From an uncultured Ignavibacteriales bacterium (lineage in GTDB: Bacteria; Zixibacteria; MSB-5A5; GN15; FEB-12): a stretch of 64,000 nucleotides of DNA. The stretch spans positions 60,765 through 124,764 of the forward strand of contig CAYQDB010000006.1 of assembly GCA_964416195.1 (NCBI GenBank), in the 5' to 3' direction. The notes beneath the pieces are model-generated. The model had not been told where the DNA came from. It ran no database searches and saw nothing but the letters and a program-made list of their open reading frames with translations. Of the stretch, positions 1 to 10,200 are shown in pieces; position 1 is the stretch's first letter; every line of letters begins with the position of its first letter. Made by a program: the position numbers and the translations under genes.

Positions 1-1
1 C

Positions 2-718
2 GACCCCTATATGCTTCCTTGTGACAGCGCTGTCTACCGAGACTTCGTTGATTCAACTTGGAGGGAATTCGATGTCGCTATTGACAGCACCAGGACATAC
101 AATTTCGGAGCGCTTGGGGATCATTACGCAGCAACCACCAGGGTTACCGACCTTTTCTTTGTTACTACTATCAAGGTCTTGGAAACAGAGGTACCGCCAG
201 AGACTACGTGGATCTTTAGCGAGCGCGAAGTGAATCGCTACGGCTATTTCATTAAACTGGGTGAGGACGATAAACCATACCTGGGGTGGAAACTGTGGGG
301 TTTTAACAGCCTCGGGGAATCTGATCCACCCGTTAATCTTTCGGTGACTACGGCCGACGGCGCCCACACTTTAGCTGCAATGCTGGCAAGGTATTCGTAT
401 CAGGGGCCGGGGTTTGTATTGTCGTTTATCCGGCTGTCCGATATTAACAACCTTGAGAACGGGGACACATTGATCTTCAATGTTTCACCACGTGGGGGTT
501 ATGAACCGGTCTATTACCACCTCACTACGGGTGCGACCGACGCCGGCTTTGTAACGCAGGCGATGGATTCAGTCAACGTTGGATACTGGGTGGATACTAT
601 CGTAACGCCGTCGCCAAACCCCAGGTTATGGAATGTCGTTTTTATACAATCATTCATGAAGCCCCCTTCTTTTCAGTACGTCAGAGGCTGGTGTATTCCA
701 TATAGAATACCGCAATAA
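2..718 (+). CDS. hypothetical protein, C-terminal part (reading frame open to the left window edge)
   Basis: The frame is open from nt 2 (GAC CCC TAT ATG...) to TAA at 716-718. The 235-aa track ORF simply starts at the first Met. I recognise no motif. Confidence 0.4.
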   Translation, partial: DPYMLPCDSAVYRDFVDSTWREFDVAIDSTRTYNFGALGDHYAATTRVTDLFFVTTIKVLETEVPPETTWIFSEREVNRYGYFIKLGEDDKPYLGWKLWGFNSLGESDPPVNLSVTTADGAHTLAAMLARYSYQGPGFVLSFIRLSDINNLENGDTLIFNVSPRGGYEPVYYHLTTGATDAGFVTQAMDSVNVGYWVDTIVTPSPNPRLWNVVFIQSFMKPPSFQYVRGWCIPYRIPQ

Positions 719-828
719 GTACACCTGTATCCATCAGTCTTTTACCGAGGCCTGTTTTTGTTGAATATTTCCCTTTTATCTGGTATACTGGTTTAATAAG
801 AAAACTCACTACCAAACAAGGAGGTATT

Positions 829-1641
829 ATGGCCAAAACACGTTTTCAGATGTTGCCGCTGATTATCATCGCGGTACTGGCGCTCGGGATGGTCGGCTGC
901 GGGACGCAGATACCATCGGGGCATCGGGGGGTCTTTTACTACAAGTTCGGTGACGGGACTGAATTCGGCAAGATTTACCAGGAGGGATTCACCTGGCACC
1001 TTCCCTGGAACAGCGTGTTCGTCTACAAGGTCCAGCTCCAGGAACACAAGGAAGCCCTGACGGTCCTTTCCTCTGACGGCGCGACGATCCTGTTGGAAGT
1101 TTCTATCCTTTACCGACCACTGGCCGCGAAGCTTGATTCCCTGCAGGTTACTATCGGGCGCAACTACTATGGCGTCGCTATTGCTCCCACTATTCGCGAA
1201 ATCGCTCGCACCGTGGCGGGCCGCTACAAGCCGGAAGAAATCTATTCCACCAAACGCGAACAGATAGCAAGTGAGGTCGTTGAAGCTCTTCGAGGCGCTA
1301 TGACCGACAAATTCATCATGATCGAAAACGTCCTCATTCGTGACGTACTGATTCCGCCTGAAATATCGAAAGCCATCAATCTCAAGCTGACCATGGACCA
1401 GGAAGCCCAGCGCATGCAGTTTACCATCGAGAAGGAAAAACGGGAGGCGGAAAGAAAGCGCATCGAGGCCAAGGGGATTTCCGACTTTCAAAAGATCGTC
1501 AGCGCCGGCATCACGTCTTCCCTGCTGAAATGGAAGGGAATTGAAGCAACCCTGGAAATCGCCAAATCCCCTAACACCAAAGTGGTCATTGTCGGCAATG
1601 ACGCCGGAAGTCTGCCGATTATTCTTGGAGGCGAGAAATAG
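829..1641 (+). CDS. SPFH/band-7 (prohibitin/HflKC-family) lipoprotein
   Basis: 270-aa ORF with AAGGAGG just upstream of the ATG. It has a signal peptide and lipobox (LALGMVGC). The SPFH core (VLSSDGATILLEVSILYR, IREIARTVAGRY) is followed by a charged coiled coil (EAQRMQFTIEKEKREAERKRIEAKG), as is typical of the family. Confidence 0.85.
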   Translation: MAKTRFQMLPLIIIAVLALGMVGCGTQIPSGHRGVFYYKFGDGTEFGKIYQEGFTWHLPWNSVFVYKVQLQEHKEALTVLSSDGATILLEVSILYRPLAAKLDSLQVTIGRNYYGVAIAPTIREIARTVAGRYKPEEIYSTKREQIASEVVEALRGAMTDKFIMIENVLIRDVLIPPEISKAINLKLTMDQEAQRMQFTIEKEKREAERKRIEAKGISDFQKIVSAGITSSLLKWKGIEATLEIAKSPNTKVVIVGNDAGSLPIILGGEK

Positions 1642-1693
1642 GCCGCGAAGTGGCCGCAAGGTGGCTTTTGTAATAAGTTGGAATCGCAGGTGG

Positions 1694-1711
1694 CCCACCG
1701 CTTGCGGTGGG
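1694..1711. repeat. hairpin element CCCACCGCTTGCGGTGGG (8-bp stem), family member 1 of 2
   Basis: Perfect inverted repeat. The second copy at 62293-62310 differs only by a compensatory C:G to A:T pair. Confidence 0.8.
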
Positions 1712-1789
1712 TTTACCGGTGACTTTTGTACTGAGTTACATTGTGGTTGGCGGACGTCCTGAGGCTGTCTCATAAGTCGACAGAGTAGC

Positions 1790-1852
1790 GTAGGGGCGGG
1801 GCTCGTCTCCGCCCAGCCCGATGGCTTGTGGCGACACAAGGCCGCCACCTAC
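1790..1852. repeat. GTAGG...CCTAC double-hairpin unit (REP-like)
   Basis: 63 nt bounded by inverted GTAGG/CCTAC. It contains the hairpins GGGCGG-N9-CCGCCC and GGCTTGTG-GCGA-CACAAG(G)CC. The same architecture occurs at 62372-62439. Confidence 0.75.
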
Positions 1853-1907
1853 GCGGGTCCACACCACTTATGGGGCAACCTCTTCTCGTGCGTCAACTCA
1901 ATTGAGG

Positions 1908-1937
1908 ATGGGGCAGATGTGGACATCTGCCGCCCAC
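1908..1937 (+). repeat. 30-nt element ATGGGGCAGATGTGGACATCTGCCGCCCAC (palindromic core GGCAGATGT/ACATCTGCC)
   Basis: Identical 30-mer at 12893-12922 in the same orientation. A core-only copy lies at 62502-62521. Confidence 0.85.
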
Positions 1938-1980
1938 AAAATCATGTGTAGCCTCCTGGCATCAACTTTTGTGTTTTTGT

Positions 1981-3513
1981 TTACGGACACGGTGGGGGGG
2001 TATCGCCGCTATTGAATAAGTAGTTAACCAGGTAGGTCAAATCGGCAACGTCGATTGGTCCGCCTTGGCCAGAACTACCGTCAATATTGCCTTCTTCAAC
2101 GCAGGGGGGAAGATAACCACACTGAAACAGGTAATTGACAAGATAGGTCAAATCAGCCACATCAATTGGTCCACCGATACTAGTGATACCATCTACGTTC
2201 CCTCTGTTTTGACAAGGGCCCTCGTAATAACATTCCGTATAACCAGTTGCCCATCTCACCCGATTATCTAGTGTGTCGTCGCCTCTTCCCCCGTATGCCG
2301 AGTAGTAGAGACCTAATGTGTGTTCCTGCTCCTTACTATCAATCCATATTCCACAAGACCTGTAGATAAGTTCATTTGCCCAATGGGCACATGTGGAAGC
2401 CTTGAGAAGAGGATCAGCCCGAGTTGTAAAACTCTTGCCTGTGTCTGTGCTGATTGCAATGTGCAACCAAGCAGGGCTTCCATGTGCTCCTATTCTCGTT
2501 TCTGTAACGAGCGTTAGATAGTTATTTGCGTCATATGGCAAGACTGATAAGTGCCATATATCTCTTGATGAAGGGTCAGAGGGAAGCCAGTTACATGTTT
2601 GCACAGTATCCCAAGGGCCCTCCGGATTATCCGCTTCCCACAATGTTACAAAGTTATGCTCATTAACCCATTGTGTGTTACCAGGATTGCAAACAGGCAA
2701 ATAAATGCCAGTCTCAACTGTCCACATCCTGTATTGCCCGACCGGGTCCAAAACCACAGCTGGAGACAGAAGATCGAAACCTTGGGCAGCTCTGACATTA
2801 TTTCCATGATGACTAAGGCAATCGGCGCCCGTCACTGGCCCGACAATCGTGTCGGCCTTGCTCGCAGGGGCATAGGCTTCGTTTTTCCCGTGCCAATCTA
2901 CCCCGTTGGTTGTGTAGACACCAAAAATGAAATTGGTGTCGGAGCAACAGCCAATGGTCTGCGTTTTCCCTCTGAAAAAGAGCCACAGCTCTCCAGTATG
3001 GGACATAAACAGCTCACAATCGGACAGGTAAGTAACAGCGAAGTCTTCCCTCGTGAAGATCGGGTTGTGCAGAGTGTCGTCCCCAACTATGACCTCAGTC
3101 CAATTTATATTGTCATTACTCACATATATACAGGGATTCTCATATGTTCCTCCCTGACCAAGGTATGTTCCAGCAAACCAATATCGATATCCGAGAAAAC
3201 CTTCCGGTATAAAAACAACTGACGGATGCATAATTTCCCATTGGTCCAACTGTAAACCACTATTGTTCGTATCCCCTTCATGCCATAGGCACTCTGGTAT
3301 TCTGATATCGAGCCATGTCGGCGCATGATTTGCTCGGAGCAGCAGGAGATTTGTGTCTTGGGCAACTACTCCATCTGGCGCTTGTATACTCTCTTTCTGG
3401 CTTGCAATGTAGGGTTTATTGCCCTTAGTGGTAGTAACTGCGATCCGTTCGCCTGCCAATGCACCTAAACAGAAAGCAATAATCAAGACTATAATCACTA
3501 ATGTTATTCTCAT
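1981..3513 (-). CDS. secreted BNR/Asp-box beta-propeller-like protein with duplicated C-terminal dockerin-like module
   Basis: 510-aa ORF with an N-terminal signal/TM segment (MRITLVIIVLIIAFCLGALA). It has Asp-box-like motifs (ISTDTGKSF, VSNDNINW). The C-terminal 77 aa contain two copies of GN(V/I)DG-x7-GGPIDVADLTYLVNYLF, an EF-hand-like dockerin-type repeat. Confidence 0.7.
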   Translation of the reverse strand: MRITLVIIVLIIAFCLGALAGERIAVTTTKGNKPYIASQKESIQAPDGVVAQDTNLLLLRANHAPTWLDIRIPECLWHEGDTNNSGLQLDQWEIMHPSVVFIPEGFLGYRYWFAGTYLGQGGTYENPCIYVSNDNINWTEVIVGDDTLHNPIFTREDFAVTYLSDCELFMSHTGELWLFFRGKTQTIGCCSDTNFIFGVYTTNGVDWHGKNEAYAPASKADTIVGPVTGADCLSHHGNNVRAAQGFDLLSPAVVLDPVGQYRMWTVETGIYLPVCNPGNTQWVNEHNFVTLWEADNPEGPWDTVQTCNWLPSDPSSRDIWHLSVLPYDANNYLTLVTETRIGAHGSPAWLHIAISTDTGKSFTTRADPLLKASTCAHWANELIYRSCGIWIDSKEQEHTLGLYYSAYGGRGDDTLDNRVRWATGYTECYYEGPCQNRGNVDGITSIGGPIDVADLTYLVNYLFQCGYLPPCVEEGNIDGSSGQGGPIDVADLTYLVNYLFNSGDTPPPCP

Positions 3514-3582
3514 GAGCTGAAACTGCCAGTTAGCAAGTACGTATTCAGGATAGTATAAATATAACGGGTTTTGTTGCTTTTT

Positions 3583-6500
3583 CTACTTCAAAAATATCAT
3601 TTTCTTGGCGTCTGTTTTATTGTCCGCTTTCAGACGGTAAAAGTAAATCCCTGAGGCGACAAATCTTCCCTGGCTGTCCCTGCCATCCCAGTCAATCGTA
3701 TATGATCCAGCCGGCCTTGATTGGTTGAGTAGCGTGTTCACTTGCTGACCGAGGATGTTGTAAATCTCCAGTGTTACCTGGGCTGGGTTGGATAGGTCAA
3801 ATGAAATCCTGGTTCCGCTGTTGAACGGGTTGGGATAGTTCTGGTACAGGTACAGGCTTGTAGGGAGAAGCGGCGGGTTGTCGTTTGGTTGGTCCTCAGA
3901 GCGGTGTTCCATGATATAATCGATTAGTTCACGAGCGGCTGTCTCATCAATAGCCCACAGGTGGAATGAGAAAGCATACGCCTTGCCGATCGAGTGTTGG
4001 TTCATAAGGCCGCATGGCTTTCCATCCAGTTCCGATGTGTTGGGGTACAGAGAGCCGTATCGGTACAGTACTTCAGCTCTCTGATTGGGTCTGAATGCCC
4101 CAGTAAGCGGGAGGACGCTGTCAGTTACGAACAATTGCCGAAAGAAAGTCCGCAGGCGGTGGCTGGTGTTGGAATCGAGAGGAAGATATGGCAGTCCCTC
4201 GTCAACGGGAATGGCTCTGTTAAAACCGGCTAAACTGTCGACAGCATTATAGACATTGTAATTGTTTTTCCAGGTTTTCAAATAGGTTGACTCTAGGCCG
4301 AAGTAGTAAGATTCAAAAGAGCCTGGATCATACAGCACCGTATCATCGTATGACATCAGATGGATCTCTTCGTGGCCCGGAGGCGTGCCAAAATAGGCCA
4401 GATCGTGCCCGGAGTCCAAAATCCGAGTTAACAGTTTGTGAACGGGTTCCGTTTTCGGAGTCAGTATTCTCGGCGACGGGAATTCCTCCACAATGACTAC
4501 CTTGTATCGGGCAAGATCCCGCCAGTCAGTGCAGTACCCGGTGCCACAATTTGATGAGAGTAGGTTGGAATCCCTCCAGTTGTAAATGTCGAATTCATAC
4601 CCAGTCAGAGTGCGGTTGTAGAAATCGATCATTGAGTCAACGTAGATATAATCATGTGGTGTGAGATTTGCACCGAGAACAACGATGATGTCTTTGGTCG
4701 GGTTGGGGCCTTTCTGCGCAACGATAAGCTTAGAATATGGCCCCGGATAACCGAGACGCCCAACCGCCGAGATCCAGTAGATGGCCCCGTCCACTGGGTG
4801 TTGATCGGTGTAGATCGCACGATTGGAAGCAGTGGAATCATAAGGTTCAATTTCGTAATACCAGTAGGTCACGCCATTATGTTTCCGTGAGGTTCTCGGA
4901 GCGAACGGCACAAGGGAGGAATCATCGGTTATAAATGGACGGTAGCGGCTGTTAGCTACTGTTGTGTCCAGTGTTCTGTAAATCTTGTAGTAGCGTATGC
5001 TTGGATCTTCAGAAGGCTTCCAGGTAAGCGTCAAGCTGGAGTCCCCGTCGCGGAAAAAGGCAAACTCATGCGTCCGCTGTACCCGCTCGAGCTGCTCGTA
5101 GCCAACAACGATTGGCAGTGAAAGCATACCTTCACCGACCTCTGTTACATGGGCTATCGCTGCAAAGTAGAGCTGGCCCGGTCGCAGCAGGTCGGTTATC
5201 TCTCCAGTTGTTTGACCTGCTGGAAAATGATGGGACCAGTTTCCCATGCCAATTGGAGCGACAGGGGGCATCATAACATAGGGACCAATAAAAAAGGAGT
5301 CATCGACCGGTTTCAAGTAGACATTATAGCCGGTCACGTTTGGCAGTGCCCATCTGTCCCAGCTCAGCACGGCTGTATCTGCCGACACCCTGACGAGACT
5401 CAGGCCTGTCGGTGGTCTCATCGGATCCAGCACAGACTGGGCAAAGCTCACCGCTTCCTCGGCGGTATTCCTGAGGATGTCAAAGTGGAGGTTGTAATAG
5501 AAGCCTCGATAATCGTGAGCAGAAAGATTCTTTCCATTAGTAGGGTCTACGTGGACGAAGTCGCCGCCAAACAGGGCGAAAACGGCTCTCATGGAGCTGT
5601 CAGGCATGAGGTCAATCGGTCCTACCGAAAGGAGAAAGCGTGTGTCATACCCACCCGAGATATCCAGCGCCAGTGATCGATCGGGATAAAGCCATAGGCT
5701 GTCGGTAGAATCGATAGTGGCCGTCATTACCTGGTCGTAGTCCCATTCGTTATGGCTCATGATGTAGTACTTATTGATGTCTCCGCTCGGAACCCCAATG
5801 CCACCGGTCTGGAAGTCCCGAAATGGGTCTGCCGGTGTCCCTTTCAAGCGGGGACCAAACTCGTCCCCGTAGAACCACCAGTTGAAGTTCGTATCTCTTA
5901 CGGGCGGATAAATCATGACCGGCCGAAGGGCGAGACCGTCGATGGGGCTGAGAGAGTCTTGGAAGAAACCACCTTGTGGGTCGCCGTCATTGTCGATAAT
6001 GTATCCTGTACTGATATCCCGTAACGAGCCTGTCAGATCGTCTGAATAGCACTCGTAAGAATCTGCCTTGTCACTGCAAACGTCACCGTCGATCAGAATC
6101 CCCACATAGGCCTTCCTGATCTTGTCAGGGCCAATATTGGTTATGATGAAATCGAGAAGCATGATATTGCGGTAGGGATTAGCATCGAGACTGTATGATT
6201 TCTGTATCACCGAGAGGTTCAGGGGGATATGGGGACGATCGAAGAAGTCATCAACTAGGTCGGGAACACCGCTTGTAAAAGTGTCGACAAAATGGGTGCG
6301 ATAAGTTGTCTCTTCCCCGACATATACAGGGCTAATTCCTCTCCCCACTATGGGATCGTCTGGAGGGTATAACTCCCGACCCCACAAAACCATATAACCG
6401 TCCCTGGTATCCAGTGTGTAGGCTGTTGAAACGAGCGTATCATCCCCGACCATCCCACCAATCCAGAGAGCTGCTTCCCAGAGATACTCAATACCGCTGT

Positions 6501-6825
6501 TGATAGGAAACTCGAAGCCGGGGTTTGTCTGCCCTGTGATGTTGTCCTTGTACTTTCTGCAAAGTCCATAGCTGCCTACCGCTCCGGAGAATTTCGATGT
6601 TCGGTGGGTTGCTCCGACCGCCGGCCACCTGCTGATAAAGACAGGCGATGTAATCTGTGAGGCTGCAGAGCTCTCCTGCCTGCTCTTTACATCCGCCGTG
6701 AGGGCCCCGTTGAACGGTTGCTTGTGACTATGGCTGAAGGCCGCTGGACTAACCAGCCCTGGTGCCATGGCTACCAGTAATGCAAACAAGCAAAACCTCA
6801 AGTGTTTTCCCCTGTCTGCATCCAA
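3583..6825 (-). CDS. large secreted protein (1080 aa), T9SS cargo with C-terminal sorting domain
   Basis: TTG start with AAGGAGG 9 nt upstream, and a signal peptide (FCLFALLVAMAPGLVSPAAFS). There is an FN3-like segment (PPTGLSLVRVSADTAVLSWDRW...GYNVYLKP). The C-terminus YQNYPNPFNSGTRISFDL...SGIYFYRLKADNKTDAKKMIFLK matches the Por/T9SS CTD (FlgD-Ig-like) pattern. Confidence 0.75.
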   Translation of the reverse strand: MDADRGKHLRFCLFALLVAMAPGLVSPAAFSHSHKQPFNGALTADVKSRQESSAASQITSPVFISRWPAVGATHRTSKFSGAVGSYGLCRKYKDNITGQTNPGFEFPINSGIEYLWEAALWIGGMVGDDTLVSTAYTLDTRDGYMVLWGRELYPPDDPIVGRGISPVYVGEETTYRTHFVDTFTSGVPDLVDDFFDRPHIPLNLSVIQKSYSLDANPYRNIMLLDFIITNIGPDKIRKAYVGILIDGDVCSDKADSYECYSDDLTGSLRDISTGYIIDNDGDPQGGFFQDSLSPIDGLALRPVMIYPPVRDTNFNWWFYGDEFGPRLKGTPADPFRDFQTGGIGVPSGDINKYYIMSHNEWDYDQVMTATIDSTDSLWLYPDRSLALDISGGYDTRFLLSVGPIDLMPDSSMRAVFALFGGDFVHVDPTNGKNLSAHDYRGFYYNLHFDILRNTAEEAVSFAQSVLDPMRPPTGLSLVRVSADTAVLSWDRWALPNVTGYNVYLKPVDDSFFIGPYVMMPPVAPIGMGNWSHHFPAGQTTGEITDLLRPGQLYFAAIAHVTEVGEGMLSLPIVVGYEQLERVQRTHEFAFFRDGDSSLTLTWKPSEDPSIRYYKIYRTLDTTVANSRYRPFITDDSSLVPFAPRTSRKHNGVTYWYYEIEPYDSTASNRAIYTDQHPVDGAIYWISAVGRLGYPGPYSKLIVAQKGPNPTKDIIVVLGANLTPHDYIYVDSMIDFYNRTLTGYEFDIYNWRDSNLLSSNCGTGYCTDWRDLARYKVVIVEEFPSPRILTPKTEPVHKLLTRILDSGHDLAYFGTPPGHEEIHLMSYDDTVLYDPGSFESYYFGLESTYLKTWKNNYNVYNAVDSLAGFNRAIPVDEGLPYLPLDSNTSHRLRTFFRQLFVTDSVLPLTGAFRPNQRAEVLYRYGSLYPNTSELDGKPCGLMNQHSIGKAYAFSFHLWAIDETAARELIDYIMEHRSEDQPNDNPPLLPTSLYLYQNYPNPFNSGTRISFDLSNPAQVTLEIYNILGQQVNTLLNQSRPAGSYTIDWDGRDSQGRFVASGIYFYRLKADNKTDAKKMIFLK

Positions 6826-7298
6826 TGTCTGTTCCTCCTTACCACCGGAATCGGTTCCGGCAAATTGCCTACAAAGCTGGCTCTTGGCTGTCAGCCAGCC
6901 GGTAGGAAGTATAAGTAATATAACACATATTTTGACTATCAGCCTTCACAAAATAGACAGCCGGCTGCAGATTCTGTGTAATAAAATCTGTAGCCTCTAC
7001 GGGCTCAAAGTGTTGGCCTGTTGGCCTGATTCTTGCATTGAGCCAGACACAGGCTATTTTGCCTTGACTTTTGTAGTAGGAAGGCTATATTCGAGTGAGT
7101 AGCGTAAATTACCGAGTTACCGCAGCAGCTTACTGCACAATACCTACTAGCACGGTAGAAGGCTTGATAAAAGTAGATTCTGTGTCAAAAAGGGCCGGTA
7201 TGGCCTTGCTCAACATAAGTAGTATTCGCAATACCAGGATCAAGATCATTTAGTGTGACTTTCGCGCCCAAAGCACGATTTGCACATTCGGAGGAAAG

Positions 7299-10200
7299 AT
7301 GAAACGATTAGGGTTCGTTAGTATCTCGGCAATGCTTGTTGTGTTCTTTGCGCTGTCCCCGGTGTTTGCTACCTCGGGAAGCCAAACGGCGCCTATGGGA
7401 GATGCGTTGGGAGACAACGGCGATGAGGTATCATGTCCACCACCCCAGGTGCTTAGCTACGACTCTACTATCTACCTCTGTGACCTTGAAGAGGTCTGTT
7501 TTGATGTTGTTGGGGTCAACTCCGGTGGCGATTTGTTGGTCATTAGCCAGGTTGAGGGACCCGGTCAGTTTCAGATGCTGACCGACACCTCCGGCCAGAC
7601 TTGCTTTATGCCTTACGAGGTGGATTCTGCGACTTATCTATTTGCATATACTGTCGAGAGAAGTGGAGACGCAGCTTTGCCTCCTTGCTGTGATCGGGAT
7701 ACAATCCGGATAACGGTTGTTCTGAACCAGCCTCCGGAGATTGCCTGTCCCGGATCGCAAATGTTCTATGCCTGTGAACCTGACACCTTCTGTTTCACTG
7801 TCGACGCCACCGATCCCGAGCAGGGACCACTGACGTTTAATGTCCTTTCGGGAAACGCCACTATCGAGGATCGGACGGTCTGTGTGTACAGCGAGGAGTC
7901 AGCTGAGTTCGATGTCGTTATTGAAGTCGTTGACTCTTGTGATCTTACCGACACCTGTGTTGTGCTGGTATTCATTGAGGTTAACAATCCGCCGTACGTG
8001 AGTATGGCTGATGACTTTTCTGTCTTTATGTGCCAGGCGGAGACGATCTGTTTTCACGCTACCGCCGATGATCTCGACTTTGATATTGCCGATGTCTCGG
8101 TAAATTATGGAACCTATGATGCCGCCAGTGACAAGGTCTGCTTTTATGCTGATACGACCGGTGTATACACCTTGATCCTGACGGCTGTTGATACCTGCGG
8201 TGCTGCTGACAGCGACACGACCATCGTCTCGGTCACTGTCAACGAAGCGCCGGTGGTCGATTTGGGGGATGATTTTAGTGTTTATCTCTGTGCAGAGACG
8301 GAAGTCTGCCTGGATGCCGTTATTACCGACGACAATATCGAAACCGTTTATATGAATTTTGGCAACTATGACCCACAGACCGGTCAGGTTTGCTTCACTG
8401 CTGATACTACTGGTAGTTATGTGATCGCGGTTCTGGCAATCGACGATTGTGGCGAGACGGCCAGTGACACCGTAGTTGTGACGGTAGCAATCGGTGAACC
8501 CCTGTTTGTCGATTTGGGGGAAGATTTTGACATCGCCCTGTGTGAGCCTACTGAGATCTGTGTGGATGTCGAGACGATTGAAGTATACAAGTCACTTTCG
8601 ACCAATCTTGGAGTGTACAACGAGGATACCCGCCAGGTCTGTTTTGTCCCTGATACATCGGGCGTCTACACATTGATAGTTGAAGTAACCGACTCATGTG
8701 ACTTGGTCGCCTCGGACACGGTCGACATCACGGTAAGTCTCAACAGCCCGCCGATAGTAAGCGGAATGACAGACACCGCACTATATCTGTGTTACCCTCA
8801 GCAGGTCTGTCTGCCGGTAAATGTGTTTGACCCTGATGGCGATATCGAGAGTATCTCGGTAAACTACAATGGTCAATACGAGGATGGCCTTGTCTGTTTT
8901 GTCCCCTATGACAGCGGTCACTACGAGCTCATCGTCACTGCTATGGATAGTTGCGGGCATGTTGCTGCCGATACGGCGATGGTTGTCATAGAGACCGATC
9001 AGGGGATTTCGATTGAGTGTCCCAACGACACGACCATTTTCACCTGCCAATTGGTAGATACGTTCTGCTTGCCCATTTTCGGTATACCGGAGAACGCCGA
9101 GGTGGAAGTGCTGGGGATTAACACCTGGTACGATGCACGGACGGAGACGATATGTTTCTGGTCTGAGTGTTCAAACACTAATCATATCACGGTTGATGTT
9201 TCCACTCCATGCAATACCTATAGTTGTGAGTTTTTTGTTACAATCGCGTGCAATACCGACCCGCTGGTAATCCTGCCGCCGGACACAACGATCGCTTCAT
9301 GTGAGATGGAAGAGATCTGCCTGCCGGTGGGCGCCAGTGACGCCGAAGGCAATCTGGCGGATGTCATTGTTGAGGGAGCGCTTTATAATCCTATAACGAG
9401 CCAGGTTTGCTTCACGCCGGATACGCTGGGGACATATGTCATTCGAGTGACGGCCGTGGACTCCTGTGAGGCATCCGACTGGGATGAGATCGCCGTGAAC
9501 GTTGTGCTCAACAGCGCTCCATATATCACGTATGTTTTGGAAGATTCTGTTTTTTCTCAGTGTGCCCTCGAGGAGATATGTCTGCCGGTTGACATTGGCG
9601 ACGTGGATGGCAATCTGACCGATGTGACGACCTCACTCGGTTTTTACGACGCCGAGGCTGACCAGGTCTGCTTTACACCTGACAGTGCCGGGCGTTTCTG
9701 CATTGAAATTATCGCTACTGACGCATGCGGTCTGGCGGATACCGCCGAACCATGCATTATCGTGGAGACAGGAGACTATGTGCAGATTGATTGTCCCGTC
9801 ACGTTTAAGCCTATCGATATTTTCCTCTGCGAACCGGGTGAGGCCTGCTGGCCGCTGAACATAATAGGGGACAGTTTCCAGGTTGAAACAAGTTACGGCA
9901 CGTGGGCGAACGGCGAGCTCTGTTTCTATGCTGACACCTCCGGTTATTATGGTATCGAGGTAATTGCCGTCGCCGAGTGCAACAGCGACACCTGCTACAT
10001 CGATTTTGATGTCTGGATATCTGAGGAAGTGGACATCTCCTGCCCAGCTGATACGAGTGTTGTTCTGTGCGAACCCGACACGCTCTGCCGGCAATATACG
10101 GTCTTATCCAACGTCGATTCGGTGACGGTTACGGCACCGGCATTTCTCAGCGGGGAGGAGGTTTGTGTGCCTTTGCTGCAACCGGACGACTACGTAATAA

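Noticed and set aside
793-1848. 351-aa ORF on the minus strand
   Set aside because: It is entirely antisense to the well-supported SPFH gene and continues into the hairpin repeats. It has no motifs and an Arg/Gly/Pro-rich composition typical of a shadow frame.
1821-2015. 64-aa ORF (MACGDTRPPPTRV...MGQMWTSAAHK...)
   Set aside because: It is translated from the GTAGG and GGCAGATGTGGACATCTGCC repeat elements. The same peptide fragment would arise wherever the repeat occurs.
6826-7298. Riboswitch (for example c-di-GMP-I) or defined promoters in the 473-nt region between the divergent giant surface-protein genes. I noted TTGACT-N16-TATATT at 7064-7091.
   Set aside because: I found no GEMM-like conserved core (ACGCAAAGC/GGCA...CCGCC pattern). 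The -35/-10 match is plausible but about 210 nt from the ATG, and FCB-group promoter consensus may differ from the E. coli sigma70 one. This is too weak to annotate.
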